In this document: positions 56,098-64,000 of the stretch, in pieces | Layout: each line of letters opens with the position of its first letter | Numbering within the stretch: the first letter of the stretch is position 1 | Origin: Alphaproteobacteria bacterium | GTDB lineage: Bacteria; Pseudomonadota; Alphaproteobacteria; Rickettsiales; JABCZZ01 | Assembly (NCBI GenBank): GCA_035906055.1 | Contig: JAMIFV010000013.1 | Span: 2,535-66,534, forward strand | Reading direction: 5' to 3' | Length of the DNA stretch: 64,000 bases | Position numbers and translations under genes: made by a program | Notes under the pieces: generated by a model | What the model saw: the letters and a program-made list of their open reading frames with translations, nothing else | Told to the model about the DNA's origin: nothing | Database searches by the model: none

Positions 56098-56631
56098 ATG
56101 ACCACATTTTCACTTATACAGCAAGGCAGTTGCGACCTTAAGCGGTTTATCCGCGATGTGCCGGATTTCCCAAAGCCCGGCATAATGTTCCGCGATATTT
56201 CCCCGCTGCTGCGTGAGCATTTCAGCGAGACTATCCGGCAGATGGCGGCGATGTTCACGCCCGAAGAGTGGAAAACCATCGATATGCTCGGCGGTATCGA
56301 ATCGCGCGGATTTATCATTGCCGCAGGGCTTGCCATGCACATGGAAAAAGGTTTCGTGAAGATCCGCAAGCAGGGCAAGCTGCCGGGTAAGGTGGTTTCC
56401 ATGCGCTACGGCCTTGAATATGGCGAAGACGCACTGGAAATGCAACCGGGCGCGGGGCGCATGCTCATCGTCGATGACGTGCTGGCGACCGGCGGCACGC
56501 TGGGCACGGGAGCGGAACTGGCACAGCAGAGCGGGCATGACGTGAAGGGCTTCGCCTGTCTTATCAATCTCTCCCACCTCAACCAGTTCACATGGAACGG
56601 CATGAGCGCTCGCTCGCTGATCACCTACTGA
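56098..56631 (+). CDS. apt: adenine phosphoribosyltransferase
   Basis: IRDVPDFPKPGIMFRDISPLL and LIVDDVLATGGT (PRPP motif). Confidence 0.9.
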   Translation: MTTFSLIQQGSCDLKRFIRDVPDFPKPGIMFRDISPLLREHFSETIRQMAAMFTPEEWKTIDMLGGIESRGFIIAAGLAMHMEKGFVKIRKQGKLPGKVVSMRYGLEYGEDALEMQPGAGRMLIVDDVLATGGTLGTGAELAQQSGHDVKGFACLINLSHLNQFTWNGMSARSLITY

Positions 56632-57203
56632 TGGGCAGGCCACTTATCATCATGGCGATGCCGGAGGAAAGCCGAGGGCTTATCGAGAGCCATGGGTTTG
56701 ATGTGGTTTACTGCGGCGTGGGCAAGGTGAATGCAGCCTATGCGCTCACGCGTGAACTTGCGCGGCACAGGCATGAAGGCAATCCGCCCGCATGGGTGCT
56801 CAATCTGGGTTCGGCGGGAAGTCCGGTGTTCAGTGCCGGTGCGCTGGTGGGGGCACACCGTTTCGTGCAGCGGGATATGGACGCGACCGGGCTTGGGTTC
56901 ATGCACGGGCAGACGCCGTTCGACCCGCATCCGGCAATGCTGGAATTCGCCCCCCGCTTTGCTGACCTGCGCCATGGCATCTGCGGTTCGGGAGATTCTT
57001 TTTTACAGGGAAAGCCGCCGGTGGAGTGCGAGATCATCGATATGGAAGCCTATGCGCTGGCGAAGATATGCCACATGGAAAACGTGCCGTTTGCCTGCGC
57101 GAAATTCATCACGGATGGTGCGGACGGCTGCGCGCACACGGACTGGCAGGAAAATCTGCGCCACGCGGGCGATGCGTTTGTAACGTTGCTCAAGGCCGTT
57201 TAA
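56631..57203 (+). CDS. PNP_UDP_1-family nucleosidase (MTA/SAH nucleosidase-like)
   Basis: IIMAMPEE, CGVGKVNAA, NLGSAGS, IDMEAYALAKIC. The ATG overlaps the apt TGA. Confidence 0.7.
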   Translation: MGRPLIIMAMPEESRGLIESHGFDVVYCGVGKVNAAYALTRELARHRHEGNPPAWVLNLGSAGSPVFSAGALVGAHRFVQRDMDATGLGFMHGQTPFDPHPAMLEFAPRFADLRHGICGSGDSFLQGKPPVECEIIDMEAYALAKICHMENVPFACAKFITDGADGCAHTDWQENLRHAGDAFVTLLKAV

Positions 57204-57205
57204 CC

Positions 57206-58114
57206 TCAGAAATGCCGGTAGCCTTTGCGCGTGAGCGGTATCGGTGCGCCGCTTGCATCGAGGATCTTCACGCCGCCGCCTTCAGTTATGCTGCCGATGC
57301 GCGTGATGCCCTGCATGTTGGCCAGTTGCGGGGCGGCAGAGGGAGGAACCGTGAAAAGCAGTTCGTAATCGTCGCCACCGGCGAGGATGATTTCGGGTTC
57401 AGGATTGCAGGTGCGGGCTGCGTCGGACAGCGGAATTTTATTCCATTCAATAATAGCTCCCGTGCCAGATGCGGCACAGATATGGCCGAGGTCCTGCGCG
57501 AGCCCGTCCGAAATATCCATGCAACTGGTGGCAATGCCCTGTAGCTTTTGCCCGAGTGCAATGCGCGGCTCCGGCAACTGGTAGCGTTGCAGCAGGAACG
57601 TATCATATTTATGTATCAGGCCGAGCGCGCCGTCGCCTATCGTGCCGCTGACATAAATACCGTCACCTGTTTTAGCGCCGTTCCTGCGCAGGGCCTTGCC
57701 GTGCGGCACCAGCCCAAGCATGGTGATGCTGACGGCGAGTTCGCTTTTGCTGCGCGTGGTGTCGCCGCCCAGCAATGAAACGCCGAAATGCTCCTGATCT
57801 GTCTTCAGGCCCTGCACAAAACTGCCGAGCCATTCCTCGGTGATGCCGGGCGGGAGCATGAGCGCCAGCAGATATGAAAAAGGCTTTGCGCCCATGGCTG
57901 CGCAGTCGGAAAGATTCACGCGCAGCGCCTTGCGGGCAATTTGTGACGCGGGTTCCGTGCCGATGAAATGCACGCCGCGCACCAGCGCGTCTTTGGTGAT
58001 GACAAGTTCATGCAAGTCCGGCACGCGGATGCTCGCCGCGTCGTCACTGAGTGCGAACGACCCTTCGCCTGCTAACGGGCGAAGCAGTGTTTTGATAAAG
58101 TCGAACTCGTTCAT
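57206..58114 (-). CDS. thiL: thiamine-monophosphate kinase
   Basis: NEFDFIK, DDAA, GGDTT, DISDGL. Confidence 0.85.
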   Translation of the reverse strand: MNEFDFIKTLLRPLAGEGSFALSDDAASIRVPDLHELVITKDALVRGVHFIGTEPASQIARKALRVNLSDCAAMGAKPFSYLLALMLPPGITEEWLGSFVQGLKTDQEHFGVSLLGGDTTRSKSELAVSITMLGLVPHGKALRRNGAKTGDGIYVSGTIGDGALGLIHKYDTFLLQRYQLPEPRIALGQKLQGIATSCMDISDGLAQDLGHICAASGTGAIIEWNKIPLSDAARTCNPEPEIILAGGDDYELLFTVPPSAAPQLANMQGITRIGSITEGGGVKILDASGAPIPLTRKGYRHF

Positions 58115-58119
58115 TGCCT

Positions 58120-58611
58120 TTAATGTGCAGTAGCGGCGGAAGGCGGAGTGGCTGCCAGTTTATCGAGCAGGCCGTTGACGAAGCCCATTTCGGCGGATTC
58201 AAAGAAGCGGCCGGTGATGGTGACGTATTCATCGATGATGATGGGGGGGCTGAGCGCGCGGATGAAGCGCATTTCCACGATCGCGCAGGTGAGGATGGCA
58301 AGCAGCAGCGGGCTGGTGCGCTCCATCGTCCATTTTTCCGTCATGGAGGCGCGGATGGTGGTATCAATCCCGGATGCATTCTCGATGCTGGCGTTCAGCA
58401 GCTTGCGCAGCAGGCTTTTGTCCGGCTCGGCGTCTTTGCTGAAGGCGCGGTCGTCGCCGTCATGGTCGTCCTGCCAGTGGTCGAGGTAATTGGCCATCAG
58501 CTTTTCGGCGCTGGCGGTTTCGCCCGTCACTTTCGTTTTGTAGAGGCACTGAACCGCCGCGAGGCGCGCGCTGGATTTTTTGCGAAGGGAAAGGGGAACG
58601 GGTTTGTTCAT
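58120..58611 (-). CDS. nusB: transcription antitermination factor NusB
   Basis: SARLAAVQCLY... and the conserved ribH-nusB-thiL order. Confidence 0.85.
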   Translation of the reverse strand: MNKPVPLSLRKKSSARLAAVQCLYKTKVTGETASAEKLMANYLDHWQDDHDGDDRAFSKDAEPDKSLLRKLLNASIENASGIDTTIRASMTEKWTMERTSPLLLAILTCAIVEMRFIRALSPPIIIDEYVTITGRFFESAEMGFVNGLLDKLAATPPSAATAH

Positions 58612-59033
58612 AGGGAGAATTTCTGTTTCAGGTCCATCATGATGAGGCAGGCGGCGGCAGCATCCGCACCTTTGTTGCCCCTGTCAAGGGCGGCGCGTTC
58701 CCATGCCTGTTCTTCGTTTTCTACCGTGAGGATGCCGTAGCCGATGGGAGCAAGGTGCTGAAGTGCAAGTTCATTGAGGCCGCGCGCGCTTTGCGCGCAC
58801 ACGTAATCGTAATGCGTGGTCTCGCCGCGGATGACACAGCCCAGCGCGATATAGCCGGAATATTTGCCGCTGGCGATGGCCATGCGTATGGCTGCGGGAA
58901 GCTCGAACGCGCCCGGCACGGCGGCAATGTCATACGCCATGCTCTGCTTGGCAAGACGTTCGCTGGCGCCCCGCTGCAAGGTGTCAGCGAGGTCTTCATA
59001 GAAACGGGCAACGGCAATAAATATTCTGGACAT
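58608..59033 (-). CDS. ribH: 6,7-dimethyl-8-ribityllumazine synthase
   Basis: VPGAFELP, ALGCVIRGETTHYDYV. Confidence 0.9.
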   Translation of the reverse strand: MSRIFIAVARFYEDLADTLQRGASERLAKQSMAYDIAAVPGAFELPAAIRMAIASGKYSGYIALGCVIRGETTHYDYVCAQSARGLNELALQHLAPIGYGILTVENEEQAWERAALDRGNKGADAAAACLIMMDLKQKFSL

Positions 59034-59118
59034 GACTATTGATTATTGATTCGTAATCTCTGCTTCTGCTAGATAAGAACCTCCATATATCATCAACTTC
59101 AGAGAAATAAGCAAAATT

Positions 59119-60852
59119 ATGCGCCGCATCATTAAAATCTTTGTGATCCTTGTCCTGCTCGTGCTGGTGGGGCTTGTCTCCATCCCGTTCGTAGTGCCGG
59201 TGGAAACCCTGAAGAATCAGGCTGTAGCCCAGATAGAGAAATTCACCGGGCGCAAGGTGAGCATGGGTAATGTGTCGCTGTCGGTATTCCCCAATATCGC
59301 GCTGAGCGCTGACGATGTGAAGATCGGCCAGCCGGACTGGGTGAAGGGCGCGGGTGACATGGCGGAAGTGAAGAACCTGCGCATCGGCGTGGAGCTGATG
59401 CCGTTGTTCCGGAAGGATATTCATGTGACGGACATCTCGCTGGATACGCCCAGGATCCATCTGGTGAAGCAGGGTGAAAAGGCCAACTGGCAGTTCAACA
59501 CCCCGGCGGCGAACGAAGCGAAGGAAGAGGCAAAGACCGAGGAGAAGCCAGCGGCGCCTGCCACGAAAGGCACTGCCGGTGCGCCCTTGCGCCTTGATAG
59601 TTTTTCCATGTCTAAAGGCTCGATAATATTCGAGGATTCCGTTGCCGGAACAAAGCAGGTTCTGACTGATGCAAACGTGAAACTTTCCAGCAAGGACCTG
59701 CCAAAGTCCCTGAAGCTGGAAGGCGACGCGGTGTATAACGGCACCAAGGCTGCCGTTGCACTTACCCTCGGCTCTCCCTTTGAAATTTCCGAAGGCGCCG
59801 CTTCCAATGTGGACCTCAAAGCGAGCGTGAAGGATATTTCGGTGGAATGGAACGGAACGCTGGCGATGAAAGCGGGCAAGCCTGCCATCACCGGCACGGT
59901 GAAGATCCCGACGCTTGATACGGTGGCGCTCAGCGCTGCCGGTGGCAAAGGGGCGGGCGGTACTGGCAAGGCGGCACCCGCTTCGTCCGAACGCTGGAGT
60001 TCAGCTCCCATCTCCATGCAGCCACTGAGCGCCGCCAATGCGGACGTGAATGTGGAGATCGGTAAACTGGTGCTTACCAAGATGACGCTTGATAACGTGA
60101 AAGCGCATGTGAAGCTGAATAATGGCAGCCTCGCTGCCGACGTGGACGAAATGAAGCTCTTTTCCGGCGCGGTGAAGCTGGCAGTGACCGCGCAGGCCGC
60201 AGGCGCTGCGGGGATCAAGGCTTCCATGACCAACGTGCAGGTTGAAGAGATGCTGGTTACGCTGGCGCAGTCGCGCATCATGTCTGGCACGATGAGCGGC
60301 AACGTGAACCTGAACATGCGCGGCAATTCACAGCGCGCGATGGTTTCGAGCCTTGACGGCACCGGCGCGTTCGACCTGAAGGACGGCAGCTATAACGGCG
60401 GTAACTTCGTCGACATGACGCGCAACGTCGCCACCTCGTTCCAGCGCGGCACCAACGCGGCGGGCAAGACGGATTTCAAGGAACTCTCCGGCACTTTTAA
60501 CGCCAAAGACGGCGTGTTCTTCAATGACGACCTGAAGATGACCGGCACGCTGCTCAGCCTCACCGGCAAGGGGCAGCTCGACCTGCCGCAATGGCTGGTG
60601 CATTATCTGGTGACGCCGGTACTGATCACCAATCGCGGCTCGCAGAGCGCCTCCGCTTCGGGCATCACGGTTCCGGTGAAGATCGAAGGCAGCCTTGATT
60701 CTCCCTCCTATCATCCCGATCTGGGCAATGTGATTCAGGAAGGCCTGAAAAACCCTGAAAAGCTGAAAGAGAACCTTCAGAACATCAAGGGCGACCTGAA
60801 AGACATCAAGAAGGGCATAACGAAAGAAGGCCTGCAGAACCTGCTTAGGTAG
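59119..60852 (+). CDS. AsmA-family protein
   Basis: N-terminal TM anchor followed by ...VSLSVFPNIALSADDVKIG... and C-terminal ...DGVFFNDDLKMTG.LLSLTGKGQLDL... (AsmA/AsmA_2). Confidence 0.75.
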   Translation: MRRIIKIFVILVLLVLVGLVSIPFVVPVETLKNQAVAQIEKFTGRKVSMGNVSLSVFPNIALSADDVKIGQPDWVKGAGDMAEVKNLRIGVELMPLFRKDIHVTDISLDTPRIHLVKQGEKANWQFNTPAANEAKEEAKTEEKPAAPATKGTAGAPLRLDSFSMSKGSIIFEDSVAGTKQVLTDANVKLSSKDLPKSLKLEGDAVYNGTKAAVALTLGSPFEISEGAASNVDLKASVKDISVEWNGTLAMKAGKPAITGTVKIPTLDTVALSAAGGKGAGGTGKAAPASSERWSSAPISMQPLSAANADVNVEIGKLVLTKMTLDNVKAHVKLNNGSLAADVDEMKLFSGAVKLAVTAQAAGAAGIKASMTNVQVEEMLVTLAQSRIMSGTMSGNVNLNMRGNSQRAMVSSLDGTGAFDLKDGSYNGGNFVDMTRNVATSFQRGTNAAGKTDFKELSGTFNAKDGVFFNDDLKMTGTLLSLTGKGQLDLPQWLVHYLVTPVLITNRGSQSASASGITVPVKIEGSLDSPSYHPDLGNVIQEGLKNPEKLKENLQNIKGDLKDIKKGITKEGLQNLLR

Positions 60853-61666
60853 AAGGTGGCAGGTTGACTATTTCCTCAAGTGCTTTCCTTATGGGAACCA
60901 GCGCGCGCCTGCGAATATGCCGACCGATGAGAATGCGCCCGATAATGCGCCCGACGGCCTGAAACAGCACTATAATGATCAGGAAAGCAAAGGTGCTTGA
61001 GAAGCTGAGGCCTCGGCCAAATGTTTCCTTGAGCATGATCTTTACAGACCAGAGATCCAGATGGTCAAAATGCACAAGGAACGCATTCCAGAAATACGAA
61101 AATTCTTTTTGATATCTGGGGACCCTCTCCATTATCCTCTCATCGATCATCACGTTGACAAGCGGTGCCCACACAAAGGTGATATAGAACACGAGCAGGA
61201 TGGGAATATGGAAGAATATCAGTTTATACAATGCCGGATAGCTGAATAGGTCCTGTTTTTCCACCCATTCGGCCAGTTCCTTGTCGCTGGCTATCACATC
61301 GGTCTGTGACGTGTAATTGCGCGCATAGAGGAGGGTCTGATTGCTGTTTCCTTTTTTACTGCCCCAGATGACGCGCACTTTCTGCCCGTCCGCCGTGGGC
61401 AAGGTTTCATTGGAGAGCTTCACCGCATGCTGTATGCCTTTCTCATCGGTCAGCCAGAACTGCGTGTGTTCGCGGTTGACGATGGAACTGCTGACCCCTC
61501 CCGTGTGCACCTGCCCGCCATGGGTGGGATGCACATATCCGCCGCCGCCGCCACCCCTCACATGGGTTTCCGCCCAGCGCTGTGTCTGGTGATTCTGCAC
61601 GATGCCTTCGAGAAGGTCGAAACGCGCGATACCGTTGGTAGATTTTACTTCGGAGCTTTCAATCAT
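60845..61666 (-). CDS. hypothetical membrane protein (orphan, lower GC) with a Gly6 run
   Basis: Soluble N-terminal half (..HVRGGGGGGYVHPTHGG..) followed by 3-4 hydrophobic helices. The 3' end overlaps the asmA-family gene by 8 nt. Confidence 0.5.
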   Translation of the reverse strand: MIESSEVKSTNGIARFDLLEGIVQNHQTQRWAETHVRGGGGGGYVHPTHGGQVHTGGVSSSIVNREHTQFWLTDEKGIQHAVKLSNETLPTADGQKVRVIWGSKKGNSNQTLLYARNYTSQTDVIASDKELAEWVEKQDLFSYPALYKLIFFHIPILLVFYITFVWAPLVNVMIDERIMERVPRYQKEFSYFWNAFLVHFDHLDLWSVKIMLKETFGRGLSFSSTFAFLIIIVLFQAVGRIIGRILIGRHIRRRALVPIRKALEEIVNLPPST

Positions 61667-61742
61667 ACGACCCTGTGCAATAATAATCCGCTCCGCATTG
61701 TAATAAAAAGCGGTTAAGAACTATTAAACAACGGGTTAATAA

Positions 61743-63101
61743 TCAGTTATTCTTTTTATTGCGGTTGCTTCTGGCCCAGCCCGGCTTCTGTTTCTGCACG
61801 GCGCGGCCAAGGGCGAGGGCGTGGGCTTCCACGTCCTCGGTGATGACGGACCCGGCCCCGGTTATTGCGCCGTCGCCCACCACTACCGGTGCAACGAGCG
61901 CCGTATTGGAGCCGATGAACGCGCCTGCGCCTATCACGGTGCGGTTCTTGTGGTAGCCGTCATAATTACAGGTGATGGTGCCCGCGCCGATATTGGCGGC
62001 GTCACCCACTTCCGCATCGCCGATATAAGCAAGGTGGTTGGCCTTGGCGCCTTTGCCCATGCTGCTTTGTTTTATTTCCACAAAATTGCCGATATGCGCG
62101 CCTTCGCCAATGACTGCTCCGGGGCGCAGCCGCGCGAAGGGGCCGATGATGGCGTTATCCGCCACCTTTGCGCCTTCGATATGCGAGAAGGAGCGTATCT
62201 CCACATTATTGCCCACGCTCACCTTGGGGCCGAACACCACACCCGGGTGAACCACAACATCGGTGCCCAGTTTGGTATCAGCGCAGAAGTAAACGGTGGC
62301 GGGGTCAACGAGCGTTGCGCCGTCCTGCATCGCCTGCGCGCGCAGGCGGTTCTGGATGATGCCTTCCGCGATGGCCAGTTCTGCGCGCGCATTGATGCCG
62401 AGCAGTTCGCTGGGGTCGTCGCTTTTTACTACCGCGCAGGTTTCGTGCGCTGCGCGTGCCAGCCCCACGAGGTCGGTGAGGTAATATTCTTTTGCCGCGT
62501 TGCTGTTGGTGAGTTTGCCCAGCAGCGTCGCCAGAATGCCGGCACGCACGGCCATTACGCCGGAATTGCAGAGGGTGAGTTCTTTTTCCACGCCCACCGC
62601 GTCCTTGGCTTCCACGATGCGTTCCACATTGCCCAGCGTGTCGAGCACCAGCTTGCCATAAGCGCTCGGGGCAGGCACCTCCATGCCCAGCACGGTGACG
62701 GCATGTTTCTTCGTGCTTTCGCAGGCCCTGGCAAGCGTTGCTGTGAGCAATAACGGCGTATCGCCGAACAGCACCAGCACCGTGCCTTTGAAGCCCGCAA
62801 GCGCGGGCAGGGCGCTTTTGACAGCATCACCCGTGCCGAGCTGCTCCTGCTGTACGGCGTGGGTAATGCGGTTGCCGAAATCCCCGGTGAGCGCATCGCG
62901 CATCTTCTGCATCTGCGGCGCGCTCACCACGACGATGCGTTCCGCGCCCAGTTCGGCAGCCGTGTTGATCACATGCGTGACCATGGGTTGCTGCGCCAGC
63001 TTATGCATGACCTTGGGCAGCTGCGAGCGCATGCGCGTGCCTTTTCCGGCAGCGAGGATGACGCAGGCGATGGATTCGTTTTTAGCTTTTGTTTGGGGCA
63101 T
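61743..63101 (-). CDS. glmU: bifunctional UDP-N-acetylglucosamine pyrophosphorylase / glucosamine-1-phosphate N-acetyltransferase
   Basis: ILAAGKGTRMRS, hexapeptide repeats in the C-terminal half. ATG at 63101. Confidence 0.9.
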   Translation of the reverse strand: MPQTKAKNESIACVILAAGKGTRMRSQLPKVMHKLAQQPMVTHVINTAAELGAERIVVVSAPQMQKMRDALTGDFGNRITHAVQQEQLGTGDAVKSALPALAGFKGTVLVLFGDTPLLLTATLARACESTKKHAVTVLGMEVPAPSAYGKLVLDTLGNVERIVEAKDAVGVEKELTLCNSGVMAVRAGILATLLGKLTNSNAAKEYYLTDLVGLARAAHETCAVVKSDDPSELLGINARAELAIAEGIIQNRLRAQAMQDGATLVDPATVYFCADTKLGTDVVVHPGVVFGPKVSVGNNVEIRSFSHIEGAKVADNAIIGPFARLRPGAVIGEGAHIGNFVEIKQSSMGKGAKANHLAYIGDAEVGDAANIGAGTITCNYDGYHKNRTVIGAGAFIGSNTALVAPVVVGDGAITGAGSVITEDVEAHALALGRAVQKQKPGWARSNRNKKNN

Positions 63102-63160
63102 GATGCGGCTAATCTTGGTTGTACAGTGCTTATTTCTTAAAACATGGGGGAGGATTTGCA

Positions 63161-64000
63161 ATGAACATTTTGCTTCAGGTGGCCGCGCTGCTATGCCCGC
63201 TTTTCATTGCCGCAGCCGCATTGCTGGCATTTTCGCTCAGTAAGACCCGCAAACGCTCACAAAAGCTGGCTATTCAGTTGGCAACGCTTTCCGCGCTCGG
63301 CGAAGCGCAGGACAGGGAACTTCAAGACTCCAAAACCCTCAAGGAACAGAACCGCCAGTATCTGGAAAAAAAATCCGTTGCCGAAACCAGGCAGCAGGAG
63401 ACTGAGAAGAAGCTGGAAGCCGCCATCAGCGAGCGCGACCAGTTCCTGAAGCAGAAAGATACCGCGGTGAATGAACGCGCCGAAGCGCAGAAGCAACTGG
63501 CGCTCATGAAGCAGCATGCCGAGGATATGGAAAAACGCATGCAGGACTGGGAAATGCAGCGCAGCGAAAGCCTGAAGGCGGCGAAAGCGTCTATCCTTGA
63601 AGCGGGCGGCCAGCTTTCCAGTAAATTATTGGAGGACCATAAACGCGAAGCCGAAGCGGCTAAGAAAGAAGCCGAGGAAGCAGCGAAGAAAAATGCCGCC
63701 ACCCTCATGGAGCAGATGCAGGGGCTCAGTCAGACGGTGGCGGCGCTTAAAGAACAGACCGGTGAGAATAAAGAAAAAATGTCCACGGTGTGGCGCGCGC
63801 TTTCCACGCCCGCAGGCGTGGGGCAGATTTCCGAGATCGGCCTTGAAAATTCGCTCAAGAACCTTGGGCTGGAGCCGGGACGTGATTTTATCATGCAGTA
63901 TCATGTGGGCAGCGAAGCGGGAAACCTGCGCCCCGATGCGGTCATCTTCCTGCCACAGGACATGGTGATGGTGATCGACAGCAAAGCCAGCAAATATTTG
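63161..64000 (+). CDS. rmuC: DNA recombination protein RmuC (3'-truncated by the window end)
   Basis: ATG 63161. TM anchor, long coiled-coil region, then ...LRPDAVIFLPQDMVMVIDSKAS... It is absent from the ORF track because there is no stop inside the window. Confidence 0.8.
   Translation, partial: MNILLQVAALLCPLFIAAAALLAFSLSKTRKRSQKLAIQLATLSALGEAQDRELQDSKTLKEQNRQYLEKKSVAETRQQETEKKLEAAISERDQFLKQKDTAVNERAEAQKQLALMKQHAEDMEKRMQDWEMQRSESLKAAKASILEAGGQLSSKLLEDHKREAEAAKKEAEEAAKKNAATLMEQMQGLSQTVAALKEQTGENKEKMSTVWRALSTPAGVGQISEIGLENSLKNLGLEPGRDFIMQYHVGSEAGNLRPDAVIFLPQDMVMVIDSKASKYL

Noticed and set aside
1-64000. Search for CRISPR arrays, rRNA genes, and recognisable riboswitches or tmRNA/RNase P/SRP RNA in the intergenic regions.
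   Set aside because: I found no regularly spaced direct repeats with unique spacers and no rRNA-like sequence. The larger intergenic gaps are occupied by family-A or family-B repeats or by AT-rich promoter regions. The spacer upstream of ribH (85 nt) is too short for an FMN riboswitch.

Overview
The window is a chromosomal segment from a moderately GC-rich Gram-negative bacterium. Gene content and order suggest an alphaproteobacterium: leuS-lptE-holA, DUF3576, DUF3035 and DUF1223 proteins, a porin ending in F, and nusB-ribH-thiL. This lineage call is an inference.

Most of the window is housekeeping backbone. It holds sucA, efp, uppP, msrB, pgi, suhB-like, two M16 peptidases, lspA, atpC, atpH, holA, lptE, leuS, phaZ, apt, thiL, nusB, ribH, asmA, glmU, a 3'-truncated rmuC and tRNA-Trp(CCA).

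The accessory content falls into four groups:
- Positions 1 to about 8800 are a visibly lower-GC genomic island. It carries an AlpA-like regulator, an HTH/zinc-ribbon protein and a tyrosine integrase. It also carries an adjacent pair of large NTPases: an Mrr-like nuclease fused to a NACHT STAND NTPase, followed by a KAP P-loop NTPase. This pair is the best candidate for an undescribed anti-phage module.
- A Pif1-like helicase cassette is flanked by a duplicated 3' end of the neighbouring MBL-hydrolase gene.
- A hipBA toxin-antitoxin pair sits in a low-GC patch.
- A GDP-heptose-type sugar-nucleotide plus Wzm/Wzt ABC exporter operon is present.

The most unusual signal is in the repeats. Family A is a GC-rich modular palindromic element. 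It fills many intergenic gaps, often starting at a stop codon, and occurs twice in frame inside leuS, which recalls Rickettsia palindromic elements. Family B is a roughly 145-bp MITE-like element with 12-bp terminal inverted repeats, and one copy overlaps the uppP start codon.

Several normally operonic genes stand alone here: atpH, atpC and sucA. EF-P lacks the conserved modified lysine in its loop. No CRISPR array or rRNA was seen. All domain calls rest on motif recognition by eye, with no searches run.
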